From positions 2,731,992 through 2,795,991 of the forward strand of contig OY969776.1 in the NCBI GenBank assembly GCA_963702965.1: a stretch of DNA of 64,000 nt. The letters are read 5' to 3'. The DNA is from Terriglobia bacterium. Its GTDB lineage: Bacteria; Acidobacteriota; Terriglobia; Terriglobales; Acidobacteriaceae. The notes beneath the pieces were generated by a model, which ran no database searches, was not told the DNA's origin, and worked only from the letters and a program-made list of their open reading frames with translations. Numbering within the stretch: the stretch's first letter is position 1; the number at the start of each line of letters is the position of its first letter. The position numbers and the translations under genes are program-made. Below, one piece after another: positions 37,731 to 48,253 of this stretch.

Positions 37731-38486
37731 TCAACGAAAGTCAGCGAGGAAAGCTTCCACGGCTTTCCAATTCTCTGCCTCGCCCGCAGGGTTTCGATCA
37801 GCCCGCAGCGTGGACGAGCCGTGAACGCCGGCTACCTTCGGGATGAACTGGGTCTTCTGTTTCGCAGGCGACGCCGCGAGAATGGACTTGGCCGCCTCAA
37901 TTTCTTCGGGGTCTTTCGCCGAGGTTACAAAGATCGGGACACTCACGTGGGAGGCAGCGTCTCTCACCGCATGTTTATCTTTGAGATATTCGCCGGGAGA
38001 AAACGCGAGCAAGCCGGCGATCTCATCGGGATGCTTCGCCGCCAGCAGAAAGACCAAAGAAGCGGAATAACTGCTCCCCCATACTAAGATCTTCGCGTCA
38101 TGATTCCTGGCTCTCGCCCATGCCAGCGCGGCTTCCATGTCTTTCAGTGCATCGAGATAGTCGCCGTTGTGGCCGATGCGGGCGACCGTTTCATTGGTTT
38201 GTCCAAACATGTCTCCGCCGGAGCGTTGGTCGATGGCGAGGCAGTTAAACCCGAGTTTGACCAGGCGGGGCGCGATCGGCGCGTATTCGGCCCGGTTCGA
38301 CCCCGCTTGATGAAATAGCAGAATGTAGGGCGCGGACTTGCTGTCGGCAGGATAAAAATCTCCATAAACTTTTACGCCATCTCTCGCCGTCAGCGTTACA
38401 GGTTCGCTGGCATGAAGCGGCAGTGCCAGCCCGGCGGCCAGCACGATCATTGGAACGATAATCTGAAGCGCAGATACGATTCGCAT
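37731..38486 (-). CDS. alpha/beta hydrolase (dienelactone hydrolase-like), secreted
   Basis: Signal peptide and nucleophile elbow VWGSSYSAS. 251 aa. Confidence 0.65.
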   Translation of the reverse strand: MRIVSALQIIVPMIVLAAGLALPLHASEPVTLTARDGVKVYGDFYPADSKSAPYILLFHQAGSNRAEYAPIAPRLVKLGFNCLAIDQRSGGDMFGQTNETVARIGHNGDYLDALKDMEAALAWARARNHDAKILVWGSSYSASLVFLLAAKHPDEIAGLLAFSPGEYLKDKHAVRDAASHVSVPIFVTSAKDPEEIEAAKSILAASPAKQKTQFIPKVAGVHGSSTLRADRNPAGEAENWKAVEAFLADFR

Positions 38487-38780
38487 GATTTGGTCTCCGT
38501 CAGAGGGTAAGCTACTGGTTGGATGATCGTCGGCGGGATATGTGATCTGTGAACATTAGGGCTGTGACGGGTGAACATAAACGCCTGTGGAAAATATTGC
38601 CTGTATGTTATTGAAAATAATGTACATAAATCCGGAAGGAAAATCGATTTGCCTTTCGATTAGAGCGGGTCTTTTTTCGGCTATACCGTAGCTTGGCCTC
38701 GCGCTCCAAAAGGCTGCCACGGGCCTGCAAATCGAAATAAAGGCCATTGCGGGAGAGCATCGCATCCCATTCTTGAACCT

Positions 38781-39638
38781 TCAGTTCGGGTACTCATACA
38801 CTCCCCGACCCGACTTCCGACCCAACCGTCCCGCTTTGACATACTGCACGAGCAGGGGCGCAGGGCGGAATTTCTCTCCCAACGATTTGTGAAGATATTC
38901 AAGAATGTGCAGGCGAGTATCGAGCCCGACGAGATCGCCCATTTCAAACGGCCCCATGGGGTGGTTCAGGCCAAGCTTAAGCGCTTTATCGATATCTTCG
39001 GGCGAAGCAATTCCCTCTTGCAGCATGTAGAACGCCTCGTTGCCGATCATGGCGTTGATGCGACTGGTGATGAATCCCGGCGCTTCTTTGATGATCACGA
39101 CTTCTTTGCCCATGCGTTTGCCGACTTCAGTCGCAGCGGCAATGGTCGCATCGTCGGTTTCAAGCGCACGCACAATTTCGAGCAGCTTCATCTTGTGCAC
39201 GGGATTGAAAAAGTGCATGCCCAGGCATTGCTTCGGACGTTTGGTGACGCTGGCAATTTCGGTGACGCTGAGCGAAGAAGTATTTGACGCGAAAATCGTC
39301 GTGGGCTTGCACACCTTGTCGCACGTGGTGAAGAGTTCGATCTTCAGCTTGATCTCTTCCGGCGCAGCTTCAATGACCAGGTCGGCTTCCCGCCCGGCGT
39401 GTTCGACCGCTCCTGAATATTCCAGCCGCTGAAACGCAGCATTGGCATCGGCGGCCGAAACTTTGCCCAACTCAACCGCTTTGTCGAGATTGGCGCGAAT
39501 CTCGATCTTCGCTTTCTGGAGTACTTGCGGGAGCGGGTCTTCCAGAATGGTTCTGTATCCGCCGAGCGCGGCCACGTGCGCAATGCCGCGACCCATGATG
39601 CCGGCGCCAATCACGGCGACAGTCTTGATTTCCGCCAC
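38781..39638 (-). CDS. hbd: 3-hydroxybutyryl-CoA / 3-hydroxyacyl-CoA dehydrogenase
   Basis: VAVIGAGIMGRGIA Rossmann motif, NTSSLSVTEIA, HFFNPV. GTG start at 39638. Confidence 0.9.
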   Translation of the reverse strand: MAEIKTVAVIGAGIMGRGIAHVAALGGYRTILEDPLPQVLQKAKIEIRANLDKAVELGKVSAADANAAFQRLEYSGAVEHAGREADLVIEAAPEEIKLKIELFTTCDKVCKPTTIFASNTSSLSVTEIASVTKRPKQCLGMHFFNPVHKMKLLEIVRALETDDATIAAATEVGKRMGKEVVIIKEAPGFITSRINAMIGNEAFYMLQEGIASPEDIDKALKLGLNHPMGPFEMGDLVGLDTRLHILEYLHKSLGEKFRPAPLLVQYVKAGRLGRKSGRGVYEYPN

Positions 39639-39641
39639 GGA

Positions 39642-39824
39642 CTACGCCCCTTTTTCCAGCGTGCTGATCAGCGTGTTCAGATTGCCGGAAGCGCCGCGCA
39701 GGCTTTCTGCAATGCGTTTGCGTTCGTCGGCTTCCATGCCGGAAACCGACGCGGTGATGCGCCGCAAAGTGGTGTTAATGTCGTCAACGTAATTGATGAT
39801 GCGAATCAGTTCGCCGGTGGACAT
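39642..39824 (-). CDS. small helical protein, unknown function, translationally coupled to hbd
   Basis: 60 aa. AAGGAG RBS 7-8 nt before the ATG. The stop lies 3 nt before the hbd GTG. Confidence 0.55.
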   Translation of the reverse strand: MSTGELIRIINYVDDINTTLRRITASVSGMEADERKRIAESLRGASGNLNTLISTLEKGA

Positions 39825-40050
39825 GAATGAAGCTCCTTTATCTGTGGAACCTTCTCATTCTCGACTCTGCCCCGTGTTTTAGTAAAGGCGTCCTCACCAA
39901 AGTAACCAATGCATGCACAGTTCTCTTACGGACGAGTAATCGCTATGTGAATGAAACATAAAAACTTATGTGTTGTCCCGGGAGGTTCGTAATAGGCCCC
40001 ATCAATGTTTTTAATTTGTCTTTTGGGCGGCCAGTGAATCTAATGGCTCT

Positions 40051-40878
40051 ATGACGCAAAAGCCTCACAGGCACTACATATTTGCCAGCGACTTCGACCA
40101 GACCCTGACTTTTAATGACACGGGCTATGTTTTAAGCGAACTGGTTGGCATTCCGATCGAGGAGTTCGAGCGCAAAGCCAAGGGCATGGCCAAGCTGAAC
40201 CTCGTCCAGCAGGGGGCGGAGCTCGCGTATTTGTTATTGCACGACCCTGAGTTCCAATCGCGCGTGCGTAAGGAGCACCTGCACCAGGTCGGCAAGATCA
40301 TCCGCCTGAAAGAAAATATTGACTTGCTCTACAAGATTCTCGACCGCGGCATGGATGGCTATCACTTCGACTTTTTCGTATTGTCCGCCGCGCCCAACGA
40401 AGTCATTTATTCCGCACTCGAAGGCATCGTTCCCCGCGACCATATCTTCGGTACAGAATTTCGCTATCGCGCGACCGGAGAAATCGAATCCATCGTGCGC
40501 GCGACGGCTGGATATGGCAAAGTGGCCATGCTCGATCAGTTGCAGACGAAGCAGCAAGTCGGCCCGGATCAAGTGGTTTATGTCGGCGACGGAAGTTCTG
40601 ACGTTCACGTAATGCTGCACGTCAATTCGCGCGAAGGATTGACGATTGCGGTATCCGAAGCAAAGCTGATTTCGCAGATTGCCGCGCGAACGGTATTGAG
40701 CACCAATGCACTCGCTGTTCTCGTGCCCATCCTCGAAGAAGTCGTCGGATGGGATCGTCTTCGCATTCGTGAATTCTTCGAAGCCAACGGCCTCGTTGTA
40801 CAAGAGTGGGACCGCGTCCGTACCGACTGGCTCACGCTGCGCATGGCGTCGGAAAAATCCGCAGCCGCGGTTTCGTAA
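40051..40878 (+). CDS. HAD-IB family hydrolase (phosphoserine phosphatase-like)
   Basis: Motif [11 protein letters not shown] and motif [15 protein letters not shown]. Confidence 0.7.
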   Translation: MTQKPHRHYIFASDFDQTLTFNDTGYVLSELVGIPIEEFERKAKGMAKLNLVQQGAELAYLLLHDPEFQSRVRKEHLHQVGKIIRLKENIDLLYKILDRGMDGYHFDFFVLSAAPNEVIYSALEGIVPRDHIFGTEFRYRATGEIESIVRATAGYGKVAMLDQLQTKQQVGPDQVVYVGDGSSDVHVMLHVNSREGLTIAVSEAKLISQIAARTVLSTNALAVLVPILEEVVGWDRLRIREFFEANGLVVQEWDRVRTDWLTLRMASEKSAAAVS

Positions 40879-40932
40879 ATGCTCACGTAGGGGCGGGTGT
40901 CCTCACCTGCCCCGCACTCAATTTAAAGCATT

Positions 40933-40976
40933 GTCATCCTGAGCGAGCGCCGTCCTTGCGCGAGTCGAAGGACCTG
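40933..40976 (+). repeat. short dispersed repeat, copy 3
   Basis: GTCATCCTGAGCGAGCGCCGTCCTTGCGCGAGTCGAAGGACCTG, followed by a further GC-rich hairpin region (about 40977-41035). Confidence 0.8.
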
Positions 40977-41085
40977 GGCGGGCCGCGCGAAGCGTTGCGT
41001 CCTTTGCAACGCATATCTCGCGCGTTCGGCCCGCTTCCCTATCTCAGCCCTGAATCCTGCACATTCGCTGCTTCATCTATCTCTC

Positions 41086-42123
41086 ATGCAAGACGTTAAC
41101 GTTTCCCCTGTTTCAGATTTCTCAGGTTCGCCCTTGCAGTCGGTCGCCGAACCAAATCATGATGCCGTGCTCCTCGACGCTTACTCGCGCGCGGTGGTGA
41201 CGGCCGCTGAACGCATCAGCCCTTCGGTGGCAAAGATCGAGGTCACGCAAACCGCGAAAAATCGCCGCGGCGAAGCGCAGGAACGTCAGGGCGGAGGCTC
41301 AGGATTCATCTTCACTCCCGACGGCCTGATTCTCACCAATAGCCACGTCGTGCACGACGCCACGCGCATCGGCGTGTCCTTGCCCGATGGACGCCATTTC
41401 GCCGCTCACACCGTCGGCGACGACGCCGCGACCGATCTCGCCGTGATTCGCGTTGACATTCCCGACAATGAAACTGCAAGCCTCGTCACTGCACCTCTGG
41501 GCGACTCGCAAAAGCTTCGGGTCGGGCAGGTGGCCATCGCCATCGGCAACCCGTATGGGTTCCAGTACACCGTGACCGCCGGCGTGGTCAGCGCACTGGG
41601 CCGCTCGCTACGCTCTTATTCCGGACGCATGATTGATGATGTCATTCAAACCGATGCTTCGCTGAATCCCGGCAACTCGGGCGGGCCGCTGGTGAATTCC
41701 GAAGGCCAAGTCATCGGCGTGAACACCGCGACCATTATGGGTGCGCAAGGATTGTGCTTCGCCATCGGCATCAATACCGCGAAATTTGTCGCTGGACGAC
41801 TGCTCCGCGATGGGCGTATTCGCCGAAGCTATATCGGCGTGGAAGCGCAGACCGTGCCGCTGCACCGCCGCATGGTTCGTTTCTATGATCTGCCGCGTGA
41901 AACCGGCGTCGTCGTTATGGCCGTCACTCCGCGCGGCGCTGCCCAGCGCGCCGGCGTCAAAGAAGGCGACGTCATCATTGCCCTCGACAGTAAGGCTATC
42001 GCCGGCGTGGACGATCTCCATCGCCTGCTCACGGATGCGCACGTCGGGATGAGCAGCAAGCTGACCGTGCTACGCCGCACCGAGAAGCTCGATCTGTACG
42101 TTCTGCCGGAAGAAGCAAAGTAA
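41086..42123 (+). CDS. S1C (HtrA/DegS-like) serine protease with one PDZ domain
   Basis: LTNSHVV (His), DLAVIRV (Asp), GNSGGPLVNSEGQVIGVNTA (Ser), and a PDZ tail. Reading frame is intact. Confidence 0.85.
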   Translation: MQDVNVSPVSDFSGSPLQSVAEPNHDAVLLDAYSRAVVTAAERISPSVAKIEVTQTAKNRRGEAQERQGGGSGFIFTPDGLILTNSHVVHDATRIGVSLPDGRHFAAHTVGDDAATDLAVIRVDIPDNETASLVTAPLGDSQKLRVGQVAIAIGNPYGFQYTVTAGVVSALGRSLRSYSGRMIDDVIQTDASLNPGNSGGPLVNSEGQVIGVNTATIMGAQGLCFAIGINTAKFVAGRLLRDGRIRRSYIGVEAQTVPLHRRMVRFYDLPRETGVVVMAVTPRGAAQRAGVKEGDVIIALDSKAIAGVDDLHRLLTDAHVGMSSKLTVLRRTEKLDLYVLPEEAK

Positions 42124-42247
42124 GCTCGTGTGGGGACGGCCGCCCTCGGGCCGTCCGTCCGAGCAAAGCACACAGCAAATTGCACCCTGGGAGCAATTGC
42201 ACCCACCTCTGCACTGTGTTAATTTCAACAAACAGAAGAGGTTAGCT

Positions 42248-43075
42248 TTGCGAGCCACAATTCCTGCCGGGCTGGATCGCCATGAAGCGGAAATTTACGC
42301 GCAACTGGATCCAAAACGGCTTCCGAAACATATCGCCATCATCATGGACGGAAACGGCCGCTGGGCGCGCAAACGACACTTGCCGCGCATCGCCGGGCAC
42401 CGCGCCGGCGTCACTTCGGTGCGATCGACCATGGAGACGGCGTCCAACATCAAACTGCCCGCACTGACCCTCTACGCTTTCTCCGAAGAAAACTGGAAGA
42501 AGCGCCCCAAAGCCGAAGTGGATTTTCTTATGGGACTGCTCGGCCGTTATCTCAAAGCGGAAGTTCCCACTCTCAACAAGAAAAACGTCCGCCTCGAATA
42601 TATTGGCAGGTTGAACGAACTGCCCGACTCTGTGCAGCAAAAAATGGATTGGGCGCGCGAAGCGACCGCGAAGAACACGGGCACGGTCATGACTCTGGCC
42701 TTGAACTATAGCGCCCGCACCGAAATCGTGGACGCGATGCGCGGCATCCTCGACGCCGCCTCGCGCAATGGCGGTTTGCAGCACGTGAAAATTGATGAGG
42801 AATCGGTCTCGCGCCATCTCTACACGCGTCATCTGCCCGACCCGGATCTCGTCATTCGTACCAGCGGCGAGATGCGCCTAAGCAACTTTCTGCTCTGGCA
42901 GCTCGCTTACGCCGAAATCAACATCATGCCTACACTGTGGCCGGAGTTCCGCGGAGTGCATTTACTTGAAGCCATCGCCGATTACCAGAAGCGCGATCGC
43001 CGCTTCGGCGGACTTAACGATGCCGCGGCACACGTGACTGAGTCTCGCCATGCTTTCGGCAAGGCGCGGGGCTGA
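42248..43075 (+). CDS. uppS: isoprenyl transferase (undecaprenyl diphosphate synthase)
   Basis: HIAIIMDGNGRWA, LYAFSEENWKRP, RTSGEMRLSNFLLWQLAYAE. The TTG at 42248 after GAAGAGG is preferred; the ORF track start at 42128 spans a stem-loop. Confidence 0.88.
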   Translation: MRATIPAGLDRHEAEIYAQLDPKRLPKHIAIIMDGNGRWARKRHLPRIAGHRAGVTSVRSTMETASNIKLPALTLYAFSEENWKKRPKAEVDFLMGLLGRYLKAEVPTLNKKNVRLEYIGRLNELPDSVQQKMDWAREATAKNTGTVMTLALNYSARTEIVDAMRGILDAASRNGGLQHVKIDEESVSRHLYTRHLPDPDLVIRTSGEMRLSNFLLWQLAYAEINIMPTLWPEFRGVHLLEAIADYQKRDRRFGGLNDAAAHVTESRHAFGKARG

Positions 43076-43080
43076 TTCGC

Positions 43081-43980
43081 TTGCAACTGCTCAAGCGCAT
43101 CCTCACCGCTGTTGTGCTGATTCCCCTCGTTCTGGTTCTGGTGCTACGCGCGCCCGTGCCGGTGTTGGCCGTAGTCGCGGCGGTTGTGGCGCTGCTCACG
43201 GTCCACGAATTGCTAAAACTGGCGGAAGGCTATGGCATCCGCCCTTTGCGCATGCCGACTTACATTTTCGTCGGATTGTTTTTTCTTCTGCTCATTCTCA
43301 GCCATGACGCCACGCCGCTCCTCTCCACTTCGACGTTTGCGACTTCGGGACTATTCGCGGCTGCCTTTGCGCCATTTGCTTTTCTCACAATTGCGATGCG
43401 CCGGCAGAATCTGGCGACGGCGTTTCCGGCCGCGCTGGTTTCGGCCTTCGCATTTGCTTACATCGCATTGCCTTTGGGATTTCTGGTGCAACTGCGCGAG
43501 CAATGGGCGGGAGCATTTCTGATTCTGTATCTGCTGCTGCTGGTCTGGGCGGGAGATATTTTTGCTTATTTCGTGGGCAAGTCGATTGGCCGGCATTTGA
43601 TGTCGCCGCGCATCAGCCCCAAGAAAACATGGGAGGGCGCCATCGCTTCGCTGCTCTCAAGCCTCGCCATCGGCGCTCTGCTTTGGACGCATGCTACAGC
43701 TATCAGCACCTGGCTTATGCGCTGGCACCTCATCACGCAGCGCGACGGATACTTCGCCTTACAGCAGCCCGACCTCGGCCCGATTTTGCTGCTCTCGGCG
43801 GCCATCAATCTCGCGGCGCAATTCGGCGATCTGGTTGAGTCTTTGATTAAGCGCGGCGCAAACGTAAAAGACTCCGGCGCGCTCCTGCCCGGCCACGGTG
43901 GCATGCTCGATAGGATTGATGCGCTGCTCTTCGCCGCTCCCGTGCTCTGGTACTTCGCCGCGTGGCGGGTGATGCAGTAG
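43081..43980 (+). CDS. cdsA: phosphatidate cytidylyltransferase
   Basis: Polytopic. Signature SLIKRGANVKDSGALLPGHGGMLDRIDALLF. Confidence 0.88.
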   Translation: MQLLKRILTAVVLIPLVLVLVLRAPVPVLAVVAAVVALLTVHELLKLAEGYGIRPLRMPTYIFVGLFFLLLILSHDATPLLSTSTFATSGLFAAAFAPFAFLTIAMRRQNLATAFPAALVSAFAFAYIALPLGFLVQLREQWAGAFLILYLLLLVWAGDIFAYFVGKSIGRHLMSPRISPKKTWEGAIASLLSSLAIGALLWTHATAISTWLMRWHLITQRDGYFALQQPDLGPILLLSAAINLAAQFGDLVESLIKRGANVKDSGALLPGHGGMLDRIDALLFAAPVLWYFAAWRVMQ

Positions 43981-43989
43981 GGCGGCCTC

Positions 43990-45136
43990 TTACTTCACCA
44001 CCGTCGAGTAGATCACTCCGGTCAACGAGCCGTTGTAGCCCGCGCACCAAACCTGCGCTCCACCGGTGACTTTGTGGGCGGAGCAGGCATCCATTTCGGC
44101 GTTGGTGGTTGAATCCACGGTCCAGGTTTGGCCGCCGTCTTTGGTCAGGTACATGCCGCCGACGTTGGTATAGAGATTCCCTCCCGTGGCCCAGCCGTAA
44201 TTCTTGGTAAGAAACAGAAACTGCCGAATTGGCCAGGGCCCGTCGAGGGTGCGCCCTGACCATGTTTGGCCGCCGTCGGTGGTCACGTGCACCCAGCCTT
44301 CGACGTTCGGGGAAATCTCTCCACCGCCGACCCAGCCATAGGTGTCATTCAAGAATGACGTCGGGCCGTCGAAAACGGAATCGACGGAATTGCCGCAGGT
44401 CCACGTCTGGCCGCCATCGGGGCTAGTGCAGTAATTAATTCCCGAAGCCCGCGCATGCAGATCTAGGCAGGAGGCTGAACTGTAGGCCAAACCAATTTCC
44501 TTCAGGATTGTCCACGACCGTCGTCCAATCGCTGAGCCGGCGCCACCGCCATCGGTGGTGTATTGCGCGCAGTTGCCCGCCGGAGCCGCCGATGAAATCC
44601 ATAATCAGGCCATCGATTGTGGTCGGCATAGCGCACGCGTTGACCCCATCCGGTGGTAATCTGCTCCGGCCCTGACCAGGTCGTTCCGCCGTCATGGCTG
44701 ATGTCAATCACGCCATACACCGACGACGAATCATAAAAGCCTGAGACAATCACGTCGCTGCCCGCGGCTTCCACACCATAGAAGTAATAAGAGCCACCGG
44801 CAGCGAGCACTTCCGTCCAGTTCTTGCCGCCATTCGTCGTCTTCCAGACCTGGCCCAGTTCCGCAGCGGCATATCCGGTTGTCGCCGTCGTAAAGATCAT
44901 GTCGTGAATTACAGTGCCGGGAAGGGTTGCGAGGAGCGTCCACGTATTTTGCGAGGTCTTGCCGATTGTGCGGTTTCATTTGCGTGGGCGAAGTCACTCA
45001 CGCGCTCGGCGGACAACTCCATCGTCGGATTGGCGACTGGCACGCGCTGGGAAACGTGACGGGCAGATTCCTGCGCGAACGCACAAACAGATAACGTAAG
45101 CAGAAAGGCAGAACAGGCGAATACTCGATTTTTCAT
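43990..45136 (-). pseudogene. BNR/Ycf48-like repeat protein, at least 3 frameshifts
   Basis: The signal peptide ORF (44909-45136) and segments with TNGGKNW, HDGGTTW, SPDGGQTW, TTDGGQTW and TKDGGQTW motifs lie in different frames (ORFs 44502-44900, 44435-44707 and 43990-44490). Confidence 0.65.
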
Positions 45137-45259
45137 GGGGAAGGCTCCTTCGCTTCAGGCAGGCATAATATCACGCAAATGGCATTAAAATTCGGCATCT
45201 CCGGCATCTGGCGCGCCATTCACCGGCGAATGCGCCCACAGGTACAATAGAAGTACTCG

Positions 45260-46438
45260 ATGAAACGCATCGCCATTCTGGGCTCGACCGGATCGATCGG
45301 CCAGAGCACATTCAAGATTGTTGAAGCCTATCCCGACCGCTTTCAGGTGGTGACGCTGGCCGCCGGACGCAATCTTGACGCCGCCTTCGAACAGGCCAAA
45401 CGCTGGCGTCCGCGCGTTCTCTCCGTCGCGCGTGAGCAAGATGCGGGCACGCTGAAAGCGCGCCTAAAATCCGCGGGAATTACGGGTGTCGAAGTTGTCC
45501 AAGGGACAGCTGGCACGGTGCAAGTTGCGACCCATCCAGAAGTAGATTTCGTGGTCAGCGCCATCGTCGGCGTTGCCGGATTGCAAGCGACTTACGAGGC
45601 CGTTCGCGCGGGAAAAACCGTGGGCCTTGCCAACAAAGAATGTTTAGTCGCAGCTGGCGAATTAATTACCGCCGAAGCGCGCAAGCAGGGTAAGCCGCTA
45701 TTACCCATCGACAGCGAGCACAATGCCATCCACCAGTGCTTGCGCGGCGGACGCGCCGAGGAAGTCGAGCGCATCTGGCTCACTGCTTCGGGTGGGCCAT
45801 TTCTGCACACTCCGCGGGAACAATTTGCATCTATCACTGTAGAGCAGGCACTGAATCACCCTACGTGGAAAATGGGCCAGCGCATAACGATTGATTCGGC
45901 TACATTGATGAACAAAGGCTTCGAAGTGATTGAAGCCTGCCGTTTGTTCAACTTACCAGCGGCAAAAGTTAAAGTAATCGTTCATCCCCAATCGACCATC
46001 CATTCTATGGTGGAATTTATAGATGGCAGCTTACTTGCACAAATCTCGGTGACCGACATGCGCCTGCCGATCCTCTACGCCTTAACTTATCCCGAGCGAG
46101 TTTCGTCGGATTTGCGCTTTCCGGTCAGTGACTTACGGCACCTCGACTTCTTCCCTCCGGACATGGAAAAATTCCCTTGTTTGCGTCTGGCTTATGAAGC
46201 GGCGGAGTCCGGTGGTGCGCAAACTATTGCACTCAACGCCGCCGATGAGATAGCCGTCGCAGCGTTTCTGGAGGGAGCGATCGGTTTTGCCGATATTCCC
46301 GTACTGATTGAAGAAACCATGAGCGCAACCAAGCAGCGGCCTTTGGAATCAATGCAGCAGGTGCTCGCTGTAGATGAGGAAGCAAGAAACACCGCTCGAG
46401 CGAAGATTAAAAGTTACACGCGGGGCGCATTGGCATAG
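45260..46438 (+). CDS. dxr: 1-deoxy-D-xylulose 5-phosphate reductoisomerase
   Basis: ILGSTGSIGQST, LANKE, DSEHNAIHQCL, NHPTWKMG. Confidence 0.95.
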   Translation: MKRIAILGSTGSIGQSTFKIVEAYPDRFQVVTLAAGRNLDAAFEQAKRWRPRVLSVAREQDAGTLKARLKSAGITGVEVVQGTAGTVQVATHPEVDFVVSAIVGVAGLQATYEAVRAGKTVGLANKECLVAAGELITAEARKQGKPLLPIDSEHNAIHQCLRGGRAEEVERIWLTASGGPFLHTPREQFASITVEQALNHPTWKMGQRITIDSATLMNKGFEVIEACRLFNLPAAKVKVIVHPQSTIHSMVEFIDGSLLAQISVTDMRLPILYALTYPERVSSDLRFPVSDLRHLDFFPPDMEKFPCLRLAYEAAESGGAQTIALNAADEIAVAAFLEGAIGFADIPVLIEETMSATKQRPLESMQQVLAVDEEARNTARAKIKSYTRGALA

Positions 46439-46481
46439 GCAACGTTTTTGGCTTAGTTAACACCAGGGGAATCATAAATTT

Positions 46482-47828
46482 ATGTCGGATTTTATAACTG
46501 CTGTTTTAGCTGTTGGCGTGGTTCTGGGGTTCATGATTCTGATTCATGAATTCGGCCACTATGCCGCGGCAAAGTTGTTGGGCGTACGGGTTGAGGTTTT
46601 CTCCATCGGCTTCGGCAAGCGCCTGCTCGGTTTCACGCGCGGCGGAACCGATTACCGCATCGCGGCCATCCCGCTGGGCGGCTATGTGAAGATGTCGGGC
46701 GAAAACCCGATGGATGAACGCTCAGACGATCCTGCCGAGTTCATGAATCATCCCCGCTGGCATCGCTTCATCATCGCCATTGCCGGCCCGGCCATGAACA
46801 TTCTGCTCGCGATTGGTCTGCTGACCGTGGTTTATATGGTGCATTACGAAACGGCTGTCTATCTCGATAAGCCAGCCGTTGTGGATGGCGTTCGCGCTGA
46901 TTCTGCTGCAGCGCGCGCAGGGATTCTCCCCGGGGACCGCATCGTAAAGGTGGACGACATTGAAAATCCTACATGGGAGCAGTTGCAACCCCGTGTCTGG
47001 CTGAGCCCGAATCAGCCCTTGACCGTAACCATCCAGCGCGGCGATCAACTGCTGCAAAAGACAGTCGTGCCCACGCCAGTCACCTCATCCGAAGTGGGCT
47101 CCGCTGGTTGGTATCCGAAAGAGGCAGTGATTGTCGGCAAGTTGGATCCAAGCATGCCCGCGGCGCAAGCCGGCATTAAAGAAGGCGACCGCATCGTCGC
47201 GCTCAATGGTGTACAGCTGCTTTCCATCGAAAACATGATTGAGCAATTGCAGGAATTAAAAGAGCAGCCGCTCGACTTAACGGTGGTGCGTGACGGCGCG
47301 ACCCTGAATTTTAAGACTCACGCGGTGCTTTCCACCACTGATGATCCGAAAGAACATCGCTATCGTCTGGGATTCGTGAATAAAGGCGAGACCAAAGTGA
47401 CGCGGCTTCCCTTTGCGCAGGCACTGGGTCTTTCGTTGAGTGAAAACCGGCGCGATTCGCTCATGATTCTTGAGCTGGCGAAAAAGATCTTCGAACGCAA
47501 GATCTCGATGAAGGCGGTTTCGGGTCCCATCGGCATTGCGCAGGATGCGGGTTATGCGGCCCAGCAAAAAGGCTGGACGCCTCTCATGGAACTGACGGCG
47601 GCCATCAGCTTAAACCTTGGCATTTTCAACCTGCTGCCGATTCCGATTCTTGACGGCGGCGTAATTATGCTGCTGTTCGTGGAGGGGCTGATGCGGCGCG
47701 ACATTAACATCCGGGTGAAAGAACGGATATACCAGACCGCATTTGTCTTTCTGGTGTTGTTTGCGGTGATGGTCATCTTCAACGATTTGGTGAAGACGAT
47801 TCCAGGGCTGGCGCAAAGAATGCCGTAA
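46482..47828 (+). CDS. rseP: RIP metalloprotease RseP (M50)
   Basis: HEFGHY zinc motif, PDZ region, and C-terminal NLLPIPILDGG. Confidence 0.9.
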   Translation: MSDFITAVLAVGVVLGFMILIHEFGHYAAAKLLGVRVEVFSIGFGKRLLGFTRGGTDYRIAAIPLGGYVKMSGENPMDERSDDPAEFMNHPRWHRFIIAIAGPAMNILLAIGLLTVVYMVHYETAVYLDKPAVVDGVRADSAAARAGILPGDRIVKVDDIENPTWEQLQPRVWLSPNQPLTVTIQRGDQLLQKTVVPTPVTSSEVGSAGWYPKEAVIVGKLDPSMPAAQAGIKEGDRIVALNGVQLLSIENMIEQLQELKEQPLDLTVVRDGATLNFKTHAVLSTTDDPKEHRYRLGFVNKGETKVTRLPFAQALGLSLSENRRDSLMILELAKKIFERKISMKAVSGPIGIAQDAGYAAQQKGWTPLMELTAAISLNLGIFNLLPIPILDGGVIMLLFVEGLMRRDINIRVKERIYQTAFVFLVLFAVMVIFNDLVKTIPGLAQRMP

Positions 47829-47853
47829 ACAGAGTTTACGGTTGATTAGGAGA

Positions 47854-47878
47854 GCCCGCCGGTAACGGCGGGCTTTTT
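47854..47878 (+). terminator. intrinsic terminator after rseP
   Basis: GCCCGCCG-GTAA-CGGCGGGC followed by TTTTT. Confidence 0.8.
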
Positions 47879-48004
47879 ATTGGCGTATTGCTTGGCATTG
47901 TCCTAGCGGAAACCCTCACTGTGTTCGAAAATGGCGCTTCCGCCTACATTCTTATTGGTATTACTTTATTATATAGTATTACTAATCATTGGAGTTTTAC
48001 ACTT

Positions 48005-48253
48005 ATGGCTTCCAGAAATGAGCTCGCCCAGGTAGTCAGCACAAAGGGTCAAGTCGTGATCCCTGTGGAATTGCGGGAGGAATTGGGCATTGAGCCGGGA
48101 ACGCAGGTTCGCTTTGAGAAACACAAAGACGGCATTCTCTTGCGGCCCATCACCAAGGAATTCATTCAGAAGATGCGCGGCTACTTCGGTAAGGGCGCGC
48201 CATCCCTTGAAGACATTCGCGAGCACGAGCACCGAAGAAAAGATCGCCCGTGA
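48005..48253 (+). CDS. AbrB/SpoVT-type antitoxin (VapB-like)
   Basis: VVSTKGQVVIPVELREELGIEPGTQVRFEKHKDGILLRP. GGAG RBS before the ATG at 48005. Overlaps the PIN gene by 4 nt. Confidence 0.75.
   Translation: MASRNELAQVVSTKGQVVIPVELREELGIEPGTQVRFEKHKDGILLRPITKEFIQKMRGYFGKGAPSLEDIREHEHRRKDRP

Noticed and set aside
42128-42247. N-terminal 40-aa extension of uppS in the ORF track.
   Set aside because: The stretch contains a GC stem-loop (GGACGGCC...GGCCGTCC) right after the htrA stop. A better RBS plus TTG at 42248 gives a normal-length UppS.
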